From NCBI RefSeq assembly GCF_009914755.1, contig NC_060932.1: a stretch of 64,000 bases of DNA; one strand, given 5' to 3'. The position numbers and the translations under genes were made by a program. The stretch is from the human T2T-CHM13v2.0 reference genome, Homo sapiens. The notes under the pieces are model-generated. The model searched no databases, was not told where the DNA came from, and saw only the letters and a program-made list of their open reading frames with translations. Shown one piece after another: positions 29,818 through 45,818 of this stretch (position 1 is the stretch's first letter; each line of letters begins with the position of its first letter).

Positions 29818-30665
29818 TAGACTTGATTTTTAAAGCACAGTGGAGCTGCAGTCCTCATGTCTCTGTGTCAATTAAAGCTAAAATGTGTAGAGGACATTTA
29901 TGAGCATCCCAACACTCATAGGTCTTTGACAGTTGCAAACTAAAATGGTGATTTTTTTCCCCCTACTCCTTTGCTGGTCTCTGCCAGACTTCTCTGGGTC
30001 CTCTATCACCTTCCCTTAGCTCCTTCAGATTTATCTACTCTTGATCACCAACTCTTTCATTCTTTAATTTATCATATTCTGTGCCTGGAACACATATTTT
30101 TCCTCAATCCACTACCTTCCTTGACTTGTTATTTGAAGTCCCTTCACTTTGTTTTATTTTATTTTTCACTTAAAAGACACCAGCCTACAATACACACACA
30201 GTTCAGGGTGCCTGACACCCTAGAGGAGAGATTCAACACATGTCAAGGGTGACTATAAAGGCAGAATGTGATAAATATGAGAAAGATTAAAGCCAAGTGC
30301 TTTGGGAGTGAAAAGGGGAGAGATACCCATTAAATGAAGAATCATCTCTTTTAGAAAATGTAATAGTTTATTCTTTTTTTTTTCAAGGTATTCAAATGTT
30401 TTTAATAATGATAATCCCCTTGGTCACCGATTTCTTTGTTTTTATTTTATTTTGTTTTATTATTATACTGTAAGTTCTAGGGTACATGTGCACAATGTGC
30501 AGGTTAGTTACACATCTATACATGTGCCATGTTGATGTGCTGCACCCGTTAACTCGTCATTTACATTAGTTATATCTCCTAATGCTATCCCTCCCCCTGC
30601 CCCCCGCCCCACAACAGGCCCCAGTGTGTGATGTTCCCCACCCTGTGTCCAAGTGTTCTCATTGT

Positions 30666-34468
<3,803 letters not shown>

Positions 34469-34531
34469 TATGATGTTAGCTGGTTATTTTGCTCGTTAGT
34501 TGATGCGGTTTCTTCCTAGCCTCAATGATCT

Positions 34532-35556
34532 TTACAATTTGGCATATTTTTGCAGTGGCTGGTACTGGTTGTTCCTTTCCATGTTTAGTGCTTCCTTCAG
34601 GAGCTCTTTTAGGGCAGGCCTGGTGGTGACAAAATCTCTCAGCATTTGTTTGTCTATAAAGGATTTTATTTCTCCTTCACTTATGAAGGTTAATTTGGCT
34701 TGATATGAAATTCTGTGTTGAAAATTCTTTCCTTTAAGAATGTTGAATATTGGCCCCCACTCTCTACTGGCTTGTAGAGTTTCTGCCAAGAGATCTGCTG
34801 TTAGTCTGATGAGCTTCTGTTTGCAGGTAACCAACCTTTCTCTCTGGCTGCCCTTAACATTTTTTCCTCCATTTCAACTTTGGTGAATCTGACAATTATG
34901 TGTCTTGGAGTTGCTCTTCTCAAGGAGTATCTTTGTGGCATTCTCTGTGTTTCCTGAATTTGAATGTTGGCCTGCCTCACTAGGATGGGGAAGTTCTCCT
35001 GGATAATATCCTGAAGAGTGTTTTCCAACTTGGTTCCATTCTCTCCATCACTTTCAGGTACATCAATCAGACGTAGATTTGGTCTTTTCACATAGTCCCA
35101 TATTTCTTGGAGTCTTTGTTCGTTTCTTTTTAGTCTTTTTTCTCTAAACTTCTCTTCTCGCTGCATTTCATTCATTTGATCTTCAATCACTGATACCCTT
35201 TCTTCCACTTGATCAAGTCAGCTATTGAAGCTTGTGCATGCATCACTTAGTTCTCGTGCCATGGTTTTCAGCTCCATAAGGTCATTTAAGGACTTCTCTA
35301 CACTGTTTATTCCAGTTAGCCATCCGTCTAATCTTTTTTCAAGGTTTTTAGCTTTTTTGCGATGGGTTTGAACATCCTCCTTTAGCTCAGAGAAGTTTCT
35401 TATTAGTGATTGTCTGAAGCTTTCTTCTCTCAGCTGCTCAAAGTCATTCTCTATCCAGCTTTGTTCCATTGCTGGCGAGGAGCTGCATTCCTTTGGAGGA
35501 GAAGAGGTGCCCTGATTTTTAGAATTTTCAGCTTTTCTACTCTGGTTTCTCCCCAT
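34532..35556 (-). pseudogene. L1 ORF1 (RNA-binding protein), disrupted
   Basis: MGRNQSRKAENSKNQ...; WDYVKRPNLRL; LRAAREKG; RDFVTTRPALKELLKEAL; in three pieces. Confidence 0.95.
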
Positions 35557-36131
35557 ATTTGTGGTTTTATCTTCCTTTGGTCTTTGATGATGGTGACATC
35601 CAGATGGGGTTTTGGTGTGGATGTCCTTTCTGTTTGTTAGTTTTCCTTCTAACAGTCAGGATCCTCAGCTGCAGGTCTGTTGGTGTTTGCTGGAGGTCCA
35701 CTCCAGACCCTGTTTGCCTGAGTGTCACCAGCGGAGGCTGCAGAACAGCAAATATTGCAGAAGGGCAGATGCTGCTGCCTGATCCTTTCTTTGGAAGCTT
35801 CATCTCAGTGGGGCACCCAGCTGTATGAGGTGTCAGTCGGCCCCTACTGGGAGGTGTCTCCAAGTTAGGCTACTCAGGGGTCAGCGATCCACTTCAGGAG
35901 GCAGTCTGTCTGCTCACAGATCTCAAACTCCATGCTGGGAGAACCACTGCTCTCTTCAAACCTGTCAGACAGGGACGTTTAAGTCTGCAGAAGTTTCTGC
36001 TGCCTTTTGTTTAGCTGTGCCCTGCCCCCAGAGGTGGAGTCTACAGATGCAGGCAGACCTCCTTGAGCTGCAGTGGGCTCCACCCAGTTCGAGCTTATGG
36101 GCTGCTTTGTTTACCTACTCAAGCCTCAGCA

Positions 36132-36446
36132 ATGGCGGACACCCCTCCCCGAGCCTCGCTGCCACCTTGCAGTTTGATCTCAGACTGCTGTGCTAGCAGT
36201 GAGCGAGGCTCCGTGGGCATGGGCCCCTCTGAGCCAGGTGTGGGATATAATCTCCCAGTGTGCCATTTGCTAAGGCCATTGGAAAAGCGCAGTATTAGGG
36301 TGGGAGTTCCCCGATTTTCCAGGTGGTGTCTGTCACGGCTTCCCTTTGCTAGGAAAGGGAATTCCCTGACCTCTTGTGCTTCCTGGGTGAGGCAATGCCC
36401 CACCCTACTCCATGGGCTGCACCCACTGTCTGACAAGCCCCAGTGA
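36132..36446 (+). CDS. L1 antisense ORF0 homologue, open, 104 aa
   Basis: MADTPPRASLPPCSLISDCCASSERGSVGMGPSEPGVGYNL...EKRSIRVGVPRFSR resembles L1HS ORF0 (MAGAPPPASLPPCSLISDCCAS...); Kozak GCAATGG; expression not shown. Confidence 0.6.
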   Translation: MADTPPRASLPPCSLISDCCASSERGSVGMGPSEPGVGYNLPVCHLLRPLEKRSIRVGVPRFSRWCLSRLPFARKGNSLTSCASWVRQCPTLLHGLHPLSDKPQ

Positions 36447-36649
36447 GATGAACCTGGTACCTCAGTTGGAAATGCAGAAATCACCCATCTTCTGCATCAC
36501 TCACACTGGGAGCTGCATACTGGAGCTGTCCCTATTCGGCCATCGTGGAACCTCTAATAGTTTATTCTTACTATTAAAATAACACACCTTTAGAGATGCA
36601 GACTAGGAAGCTTCACAGAGACAAGAAGTTAGTAAAAATATGTGGGCCA

Positions 36650-39600
36650 AAATATTTTTGTGAGAACTCTGGAGACTACTTGAGAAGTCTAAGCACCCTG
36701 AGCTACATACAACAGGAAGGGATTTCAGATAAAGGGTTAAGGAAGTTCATAGCACTTTGTATGCTCATCTGTGCTCTGCCCCCATTTGACCTAATGCAAC
36801 ACAACTGGAAGGAAACTTCCCATGCCAGGGATCCTCTCTTTGAATGAAAACGAAGGAAAGGACCATGTGTACAGCAGTCTGGCTAGTCTGGGAGCTGCCT
36901 CAAGAATTGGTATCCATCTCAATTGGCTCAGAGGGCTGATTGAGTTTGTGACCTTGTTTGCAAGCTGCTGAAAACAGGTTCAATAATAGTGGCACATTTG
37001 AGCTGCAGTTCCACAGGCAGGTGCCAGAGGGAGCAAGAGATTTCAGGCTTCTGAAAAGAAGCAAGGACAAGCTGCAATGGGAATTTCACAGGACTAAAAA
37101 GCTTATGTACATGCCCAGAGAAGACACATTCTCAGAGTTTGAAAGATCCTAAAATAGACTCTAGCTGCGCTGATCAGTGAAGTCTTTTGCGTGAAGCCAG
37201 ACCATAAAGTTTATGAAAAGTGGTTGTTGTTTTGAATGTCCATGTCTTAACAGCATCATCAGCACAACAAAAATCACAAGGCACACAAAGAAACAAAGAT
37301 TTATGGTCCAATCAGAGGGCCAAAACAAAACTTCAGAAGCCAACCCTAAAGAAATGAAAACATATGGGCTTGCTGACAAAGAATTTAAAATAACTGTCAT
37401 AAATATGCTCAATGAGCTAAAAGAGAATACAGATAGATGACTAAATGAAATCCAGTAAATGACACATGTATAAATTGAGACTATCAACAAAGAGAAACTA
37501 TTTTAAGAACACCAAACAGAAATTCTGGTGCTAAAAACCATAATAAGTGACCTCAGAATATCACCAAAAAGGTTCAACAACAGACTTGATAACGCAGAAG
37601 AAGAAATCACTGAACTTGAAGACAGGTTATTTGAAATCCTCAAGTTAGAGGAACAAAAAGTAAAAAGAATGAAGAAAGTGAAGAGAACCCAAGGAACTTA
37701 TGGGGAAGTATCAAGCAGCTCAATATACTTATTACAGAATTTCCAGAAGGAGAAGAGAAAGAAAAGGCCAGAGCTCTTAGCTGAAGAAATAATGGCCAAA
37801 TGTCTCCCAAATTGAAGGATAAAATGGACATACAAATTTAAGAAGCTCAAAGATTCCAACAAGGATAAATCCCAAAAGACCCACACCTAGATATAATCAA
37901 ACTGTGAAACATCAAAGACAAAGAGACAATCTTGAAAGCAGCAAAAGAAAAGCAACCCATCACATCAAAGAGAACTTTGATAAGATTACTAGTGAATTTC
38001 TCAGCAGAAACTTTGACGGCTAGAGGAAGTAGGATGTTATACTCAGGGTGCTGAAAGAAAAAAGGAAAAGCAAAAATACACTCCAATAAACCTGTCAACT
38101 GAGAATATCGTGTCCAGCAAACTGTTCTTTAAAACTAAAAAAGAAATTAAGATTTATTCAGGTGAACAAAAACAAAGGGAGTTCATTATCACTAGATCTG
38201 CTTGGCAAGAAATGCTAATGGGAAGTTCCTCAAGGTGAAGGGAAAGGATGGTAGACAGTAGCACAAAGCCATTAAAAAATATAAAGTTCTCTGATAAAGG
38301 TAAATTCATAGACATAGTAAACTTTATTACTGTAATTTTATTGCACACCTTCACTTTTAATTATTGTATAGAATTTAAATTACAAAACATTAAAAAACTA
38401 TAAATCTATGTTAATCGGTATACAACCTATGAAGAGGTAATTTATGATAGCAATAACAAGTGGGAGATTGAGCATGTAGTACTAGAGTTTTTGTATGACA
38501 TTGAAATTAATTTATTAGTTTAAAATAGAGTGTTATAACTCTAAGATGTTATATGTTATTACAGTGGTAACTATAAAAAAAATTTATAGAATATACACAA
38601 AAGGAAATGAGAAGGAAATCAAAGCATGCCAATACAGAAAAATCAACAAAACATAAAAGGAAAGCAATAAGAGAGAAAAAGAACAAAAAGCTGTAAGACA
38701 TATGGAAAACAATTAACAAAATGGCAAAGGTAAGTCCTTCCATATAGACAATTACTTTGAATGTAAATGGATTAAATTCCCCGGTCAAAGATATATTCGA
38801 AAATTTGGTTTTAAAAAACAGGATTCAGCTGGGTATGGTGGCTCACGCCTGTAATCCTAGCACTTTGGGATACGAAGGTAGGTGGATCACTTGAAGTCAG
38901 GAGTTTGAGACCAGCCTGGCCAACATGGCAAAACCCCATCTCTACTAAAAATTAAAAAATTAGCCAGGCATGGTGGCACATGCCTGTAATCCTAGCTACT
39001 CAGGAGGTTGAGGTGGGAAAATTGCTTGAACCCAGGAGGCGGAGGTTGCAGTGACCCAAGATCACAGCACTGCACTCCAGCCTGGGCAACAGAGCAAGAC
39101 TCTGTCTCAATAAAAATAAATAAATAAGTACAAACAAAACCCAGGATTCATCAATATACTGTATATCAGAAACTCACTTTTGATTTGAGGATACATATAG
39201 GTTGAAAATGAAAGGATGGAAAAAGTGTTGCAAATGGTAACCAAAAGACAACAGGATAGGCTATACTAAAATCAGAAAACATTTACTCTAAGTCAAAAAT
39301 TTTTGTTTATAAATGACAAAGAAGGACATTATGTAAGGATAAAAAGATTAATTCACCAAGAAGATATAATTCTAAATATTTATGCATGAAACATCAGAGA
39401 TCCTCAGTATATGAAGCAAACTTTGACAGAATTAAAGGGAGAAACACACAGCAACACAATAAAAGTAGATTTCAATACCCCTCTTTCAATAATGAATAGA
39501 ATAACCAAACAGAAATTACCTTTAAAAATAGAAGACTTGAACAAAAGTATAGATCACTTGGACCTAAAAGACATACAGAAAAGTCTACCCAACAATAACA

Positions 39601-42000
39601 GAATATACATTATTTTCACGTGCATGTGAAACATTCTCCAGAACAGATCACATATTAGATCATGGAACAAATCCTAACAAATTTTAAAAGATTGAAATTA
39701 TTCAAAGTATATTTTCCAATCACAATGGAATGAAACTAGAAATCCATAGCAGAAGGAAAACTGGAAAATCCACAAGTATGTGGAAATTGAACAACACACT
39801 ATTTAACAACCAATAGGTCAAAGAGGAAGTCAAAGGGAAATTGAGAAAACACTTTGAGAAAAATGAAAATGAAAAAAATCCCATATTTAAATTGATGGGA
39901 TACAGTGAAAGCAGTGCTATGAGAGAAGTATGTAGTTATAAGTTCATACATTAAAAAAGAAGAGAGATAAAAACTTAACTATTTAACTTTATACTTCAAG
40001 GAACTAGGAAAAGAAGAACAAACTAAACTATAGCTACTAGAAAGAAGAAAATAATAAGGACTAGAGAAGAGATTAGTACTATTAAGTAGAAAATAGAAAA
40101 ATAGTAGATAAAAAATAAAACTAAGAGTTAGGTTTTTGAAAAGATAAAGAAAATTGACAAACTCTTAGCTAAACTAATTGAAATAAAAAGAAGACTGAAT
40201 TAAATAAAATCAGAAACAAAAGAGGGGATATTACAACAAATGCCACAGAAATAGAAATGATGAAAAGAGATTAATTGTATGCTAACAAATTGGATAACCT
40301 AGAAGAAATGTATACAATCCAACACAACCTACCAAGACTGAATCATGAGAAATAGGAAATATGAATAGATCAATAACCAGTAAGGAGATTAAATCAGTAA
40401 TTAAAAAGTTCTTAACAAAGAGAAGTATAGGACCATAGAGCTTCGCTGGAGAATTCTACCAAATATTTAAAGCAGAATTAACACCAATCCATGTCAAGCT
40501 CTTCCAAAAAATTGAAGAGGAGGGAATATATCCAAGGTCATTTTACAAGGCCAGCATTACCTCAATATCAAAGCCAGACAAGAACACTAAAAGAAAAGAA
40601 AACTACATACCAATACTGATGAATAGTGATGAAAAATCCTCAACAAAATACTAGCAAACTGAATTCAGCAGCACATTGAAAAGATTATCCACCATGACAA
40701 AGTGGAATTTATTCCTGGGATGGAAGGATGATTCAACATATGAAACTCAATTAATGTAAACTTCATGTTAACAGAATGAAGGACAAAAATCACATGATCA
40801 TCTCAATTGATGCAGAAAAGCATTTGATAAGATTCAATACCACTTCATCATTAAAAACACTTAACAAAGTAGGAATAGAAGGAAGCTTTCACAGCATAAT
40901 AAAAACCATATATAACAAATCCACAGCTAACATCATACTCAATGGTGAAAGACTAACACTTTTCCTCTAAGATCAAGAAAAAGGCAGGTTGCCTGTTCTT
41001 TGCTGCTTCTATTCAACATAGTATTGGAAATCCTAGCCAGAGCAGTTAGGCAAGAAAAATAAATTAAAAGCATCAAATAGGAAAAAAACCCTACAATTAT
41101 CTCTCCTCACAAACCTATGATCTTATATGTAGAAAACCCTAGAGATTCCATGAAAAGCTATTAGAACTAATAAATTTAGCAAAGTTGTGGGATACAAAAT
41201 CAATACATATTTCTATACACTTACAATGAAGAATTACAAAATTAAGAAAACAATTTGATTTACAATAGCATCAAAACAAATATAATTCTTAGCAATAAGT
41301 CTAACCAAGGAGGTGAAAAATTCATATACTGAAAACTATAAGCCATTGCCAAAAGAAATTTAATAAGATACAAATAAATAGAAAGATATCCCATATTTAT
41401 GGATTGGAAGACTATATTTATGAGATGTAAATGCTACCAAAGTGATTTACAGTTTAACCACAATACCTATCAAAATCTCAACAGCATATTTTGCAGAAAT
41501 AAGAAAAATCCTAAAATTTATGTGGAATTTCAAGGGACTTCAAGTAGCCAAACATTTTTTTGAAAAAGAAGAACAAATTATAAATGGAGGACCCACACTT
41601 TCTGAATTCAAAGCATATAACAAAGCTACAGTGATCAAACAATGTGGTACTGGCATAAAGACAGATAGACCAATGGAATAGAATAGAGAGTCTAGAAATA
41701 AATGCTCACATATATGGTCAAATAATTTTTGAAAAAGGTGCCAAGACCACTCATTGGGAGAAAAGACAGTCTCTTCAACAAATGGTGTTGAGAAAACAGT
41801 ATATCTACATGTAAAAGAATAAAACTGGATTCTTAAATCATACACAAAATATTAACTCGAAATAGATTAAGGACCTAAAAGTAAGATCCAAAGTTATAAA
41901 ACTCCTAGAAGTTATCATAGGGTTAAAGATTCATGACATGGGATTTGGCAATGATTTCTTGGCTATCATACCAAAACCACAGGCAAAAAAGCAAAAATAG
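36650..42000 (+). mobile_element. Old L1M (MA/MB-age) LINE-1, 5' region through most of ORF2, 3' end missing
   Basis: ORF1 remnants (KEFKITVINMLNELKEN; FNNRLDNAEEEITELEDR); ORF2 from ATG 38721 (ITLNVNGLNSPVK); RT remnant [12 protein letters not shown]; heavily decayed; 5' boundary approximate. Confidence 0.88.
38828..39135 (+). mobile_element. AluS inserted in the old L1 ORF2
   Basis: Full dimer; TSD CAGGATTCA at 38819-38827 and 39142-39150. Confidence 0.94.
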
Positions 42001-42181
42001 CTTAACTATTTAACTTTATACTTCAAGGAACTAGGAAAAGAAGAACAAACTAAACTATAGCTACTAGAAAGAAGAAAATAATAAGGACTAGAGAAGAGAT
42101 TAGTACTATTAAGTAGAAAATAGAAAAATAGTAGATAAAAAATAAAACTAAGAATTAGGTTTTTGAAAAGATAAAAAAAAT
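42001..42181 (+). repeat. Direct copy of 39974-40154
   Basis: 181 bp, 2 mismatches, offset 2027 bp. Confidence 0.95.
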
Positions 42182-42300
42182 ATTCCCGGGAAAGAAAGAA
42201 CTCGATATTGGGGACCACTGGTAATATCTACCACATGTTGTTTATAAGGGGAATAGGAAGTATCATATCTGAAAAATTTATTCTTTGTTCTTATAGGGCG

Positions 42301-42302
<2 letters not shown>

Positions 42303-42345
<43 letters not shown>
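42303..42345. repeat. (GT)n microsatellite
   Basis: Pure run of about 21 units. Confidence 0.97.
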
Positions 42346-42348
<3 letters not shown>

Positions 42349-42995
42349 GAAATTGAGAATAGGGAAGACAAGGCTGTATATTTTCCCCATTTGGCAGTAG
42401 GACCCGAAAAGGACTCGATGAAAAAGCTAAAAGCTACTTGATCTCAAGTACTCCATGAGGTGTTTTCTTGTTGACTAAATCAAACTTTGTCGAAATTTAG
42501 TGTTAACTATCAATGGGCTACATGGTCCAGACAACTCCATTGTTAATCATCTGGAGGAGGAAGGAGGTAAGCCTTGGGCTGGGGGTGGGAGATCTGTATC
42601 TTTCCACTGGACCAGGAGTGATTGAACTGGGAATTTGGATAGGGGGACATTTGAAGAAGGTCTGGCCCTTATAACATGGCAGTAGGTCAGAAGAAAATGA
42701 GAAAAAGGTGTTCAGGTCCTGGAGAAGATCCCGTGAAAACCAGAGCCCACAACTAGAAGCAGTGACAGGTAACAACCAGTTTTAAGGCTTACTTTTTGTG
42801 TTCTAATTTTCTTCTGTGATGTTCTGATAACACTGCAACCAGGCTTGTTTGTGCTTCTAAGATTTAAGGAAGGGTTCTGACTCCATGCAGCAGGCTAAAT
42901 TTAGAGAGACAGTGGCAGAAGTCAGGAAAAATAAAAAGACTACAGTGACGACAGGGTAAATTTCTCCAATTTTTGCAGAAATTATGTGCGGAGGG

Positions 42996-43304
<309 letters not shown>

Positions 43305-43514
43305 AAATTATATGGGGAGGGTACTTGTAAGAAGAATGGAATTCCCAGTCCAGGGAATGGAGTTCTGCTGTGTTGTGACTTGGCATCATGTGACGGGAAA
43401 TCCATGAAGACTGGGGAATGTGTGGATATCTGGGTCACACTTAGGTCTTTAAAAAGGCAGAAGTTAGACATCTTTACCAGCTGAGAAAAATGGATATGAA
43501 AATGCTTCCATTTC

Positions 43515-43600
43515 AAGAGATGGGGGTCTCAGCTATGTTGCCCAGGCTGGTCTCAAACTCCTGGCCTCAAGTGATCCTCTTGCCTCAGCCTCCCAAAGTG
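43515..43600 (-). mobile_element. Alu/FLAM left-arm fragment
   Basis: GCTATGTTGCCCAGGCTGGTCTCAAACTCCTGGCCTCAAGTGATCC. Confidence 0.85.
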
Positions 43601-43734
43601 ATGGCCAGAATTTTGTATTGGCTTTTAAAAAATATCATACATTTCTACCAGTGACTATCTCACATATGCATCGAACCACTCAGTATCATAATTGGTAAAG
43701 TTTTCTGGCACTTCAGTAACAAAACAACACTTAC

Positions 43735-44010
43735 TTTGCACTGAGCACCTACTATGTGCCAGTTACTCTACACACATTAGCCTATGTGCCAGTTACTCTA
43801 TACACATTAGCTTGACTCTTAACCGCCATGTCTGATACATGTTATTATTCCAGTTTTTATTCCATCTTATTCCATATTTTTTTTCCAGTTATTCCTGTTT
43901 CACTTATAATGAAAGTTAAATTAAGCCAAATTAAGTAAAATTTTCAGGTTCTCACAGTGAGTTTGCAGCACAACTGCGATTTGAACATACATCTTCTGGC
44001 CTCCAAAGTC
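43735..44010 (-). mobile_element. MIR containing a 30 bp tandem duplication
   Basis: TGAGCACCTACTATGTGCCAG...TTTGAAC...TGGCTCCAAAGTC; duplicated unit at 43752-43811. Confidence 0.7.
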
Positions 44011-44195
44011 TACAGTCTTCCCATAAATATTAGACTTCCTTCTTCTGCCCCTACCTCAGGGGCTCATCTGGACAACAGGATGGTCTCTACTAAAAAGGGA
44101 CTCAGCAATGTTAACTTGTTATCATCAGCAAAAGCATCATTAGTCCCACAAAGCCGTATGCAAGCACTCACAGCTGAGTGGGCTAACACAGTGGC

Positions 44196-44729
44196 TGTAT
44201 TTTTCTGCTTTATTGCTATAACAAACTATCAGACAGCCTTAGTGGCTTAAATGGCACAAATTTACTATCTGTATTACAGTCTGTAGACCAGAAGTCTGGC
44301 CCTGATCTCACTGCATTAAAATGAAGGTGTTGTTGGAGCTGTGTTCCTTCTGGAATAAGAGTGAGTTTATTCCCTTCCCTTTTCCAGCTTCTAGAGGCCT
44401 CCTGCATCCCTTGGCTCATGGCCCCTTCACCATTTTCAGAACTAGCAATGGCAGATTGCATCCTCACATTGCATCATTCTGATCTGTTCTGTAGTTACAT
44501 CTCCCTCTCTGACCTTCTCTTCTGCCTCCATTTTTCAGTTTTAAAGACCCCTGTGATGACCTTTGACCTACCGAGATAATCTAGGATAATCTCTTTATTT
44601 TAAGTCAGCATTAGGAATCTTTATCCCATCCGCTGCCTTAATGCCCCTTTGCCATGTAGCCTAACATAGTTACAGGTTCTGGGGATCAGCACATGAACAT
44701 CATTGGGGACCATGGTTCTGCCCACTACA
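44196..44729 (-). mobile_element. MaLR solo LTR (MLT1D/E-like)
   Basis: TG...CA termini; TTCCAGCTTCTAGAGGCC...CCTTGGCTCATGGCCCC; TSD GTGGC / GTGGA. Confidence 0.85.
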
Positions 44730-44974
44730 GTGGATTACTGATTCATATTCAAAGTTAGATTGGATCTAGAATGTGGTCCTGATTTAGATATAGAATGTGG
44801 TCCTGATCCCCTTAAGGATTGCTGTGTGTTTATTTCATTTTCCCCCTGTGCTTCACTCTTTATGCTTTCAATCAATCTGGTGGTGAGAGGTGACTAACTG
44901 AAAAAATGGTAGATGGTTTCAAGGTGGTTCAATACCAAAAGCAAACAAAAAGACCATGGTTATCTTACATGAAG

Positions 44975-45200
44975 GCAGTATAATGTGAAGGCTGACTGTG
45001 GGCTTTGGAAGCAGGGTACCTGAGTTCCAGCCCCTGCTCTCCTGCTCATCATGCACAATCTTGGGTAAGCTATTTATCCTCCCTTTATGTCAGTTTCTTC
45101 ATCTGCAAAATGGCAATAATAAAGATAGTACCCAAACTGTTATGAGAACTAAACAAGTTAATTCTGGGCACATAATGAGCACTCAGTAAGTGTTACCTGT
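44975..45200 (+). mobile_element. MIR
   Basis: CAGTTTCTTCATCTGCAAAATGGCAATAAT core; GGCACATAATGAGCACTCAGTAAG end. Confidence 0.8.
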
Positions 45201-45393
45201 TACTAAAGAGATATGCCTGGTTATTAGCAAAAAGAATTGAAGGTTAAAATTCAGGGATTCACATTTGTTTGAGATGAGAGGCCAAGTATGGCAAGACAAA
45301 AATTATAGAAAGGCTCCAGGAGTCCTACACAGAGATGTCTGGGCTTGAATTGTGTCAAAGCAGCTGTGGGCTGGAGGGCTTCATCATAAAGAG

Positions 45394-45818
45394 TGCTATG
45401 GTTTGAATATGGTTTGCTTGTTCCCACCAAAGCTCATGTGAAATGTTATCTCCAATGTGATGGTGTTGAGATGTGGCCTAGTGGAAGGTATTTGGGGCAT
45501 AGGCACAGATCTGTCATGAATGGCTTGGTGTTGTTAGTGCAGTAGTGAGTTCTTGTTCTGGCAAGATTTGATTAATTCCCTCAAGAGTGGGTTGTTATAA
45601 AGCCAGGATGCCCCTTGGATTTTCGTCTCTTCACACATGTCTGCTTCCCCTTTGACCTTCCCCACCATATGATGACACAGCATGGAAGCCCTTAACAAAA
45701 GCCAGGGCCATGCCCTGGAAATTCCCAGCCTGCAGAACTGTGAGTAAAATAAATCTCTTTTCTTTATAAATTATCTGGATTCAGGTATTCTGCTACAGCA
45801 TCACAAAACAGACTAAGA
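45394..45818 (+). mobile_element. MaLR solo LTR (MST-like)
   Basis: Starts TGCTATGGTTTGAAT; CCCAGCCTGCAGAACTGTGAG-AATAAA-CTTTATAAATTA; ends CAGACTAAGA. Confidence 0.88.

Noticed and set aside
30589-30622. G-rich tract (minus strand) in the L1 3'UTR
   Set aside because: Standard, well-described feature of primate L1 3'UTRs.
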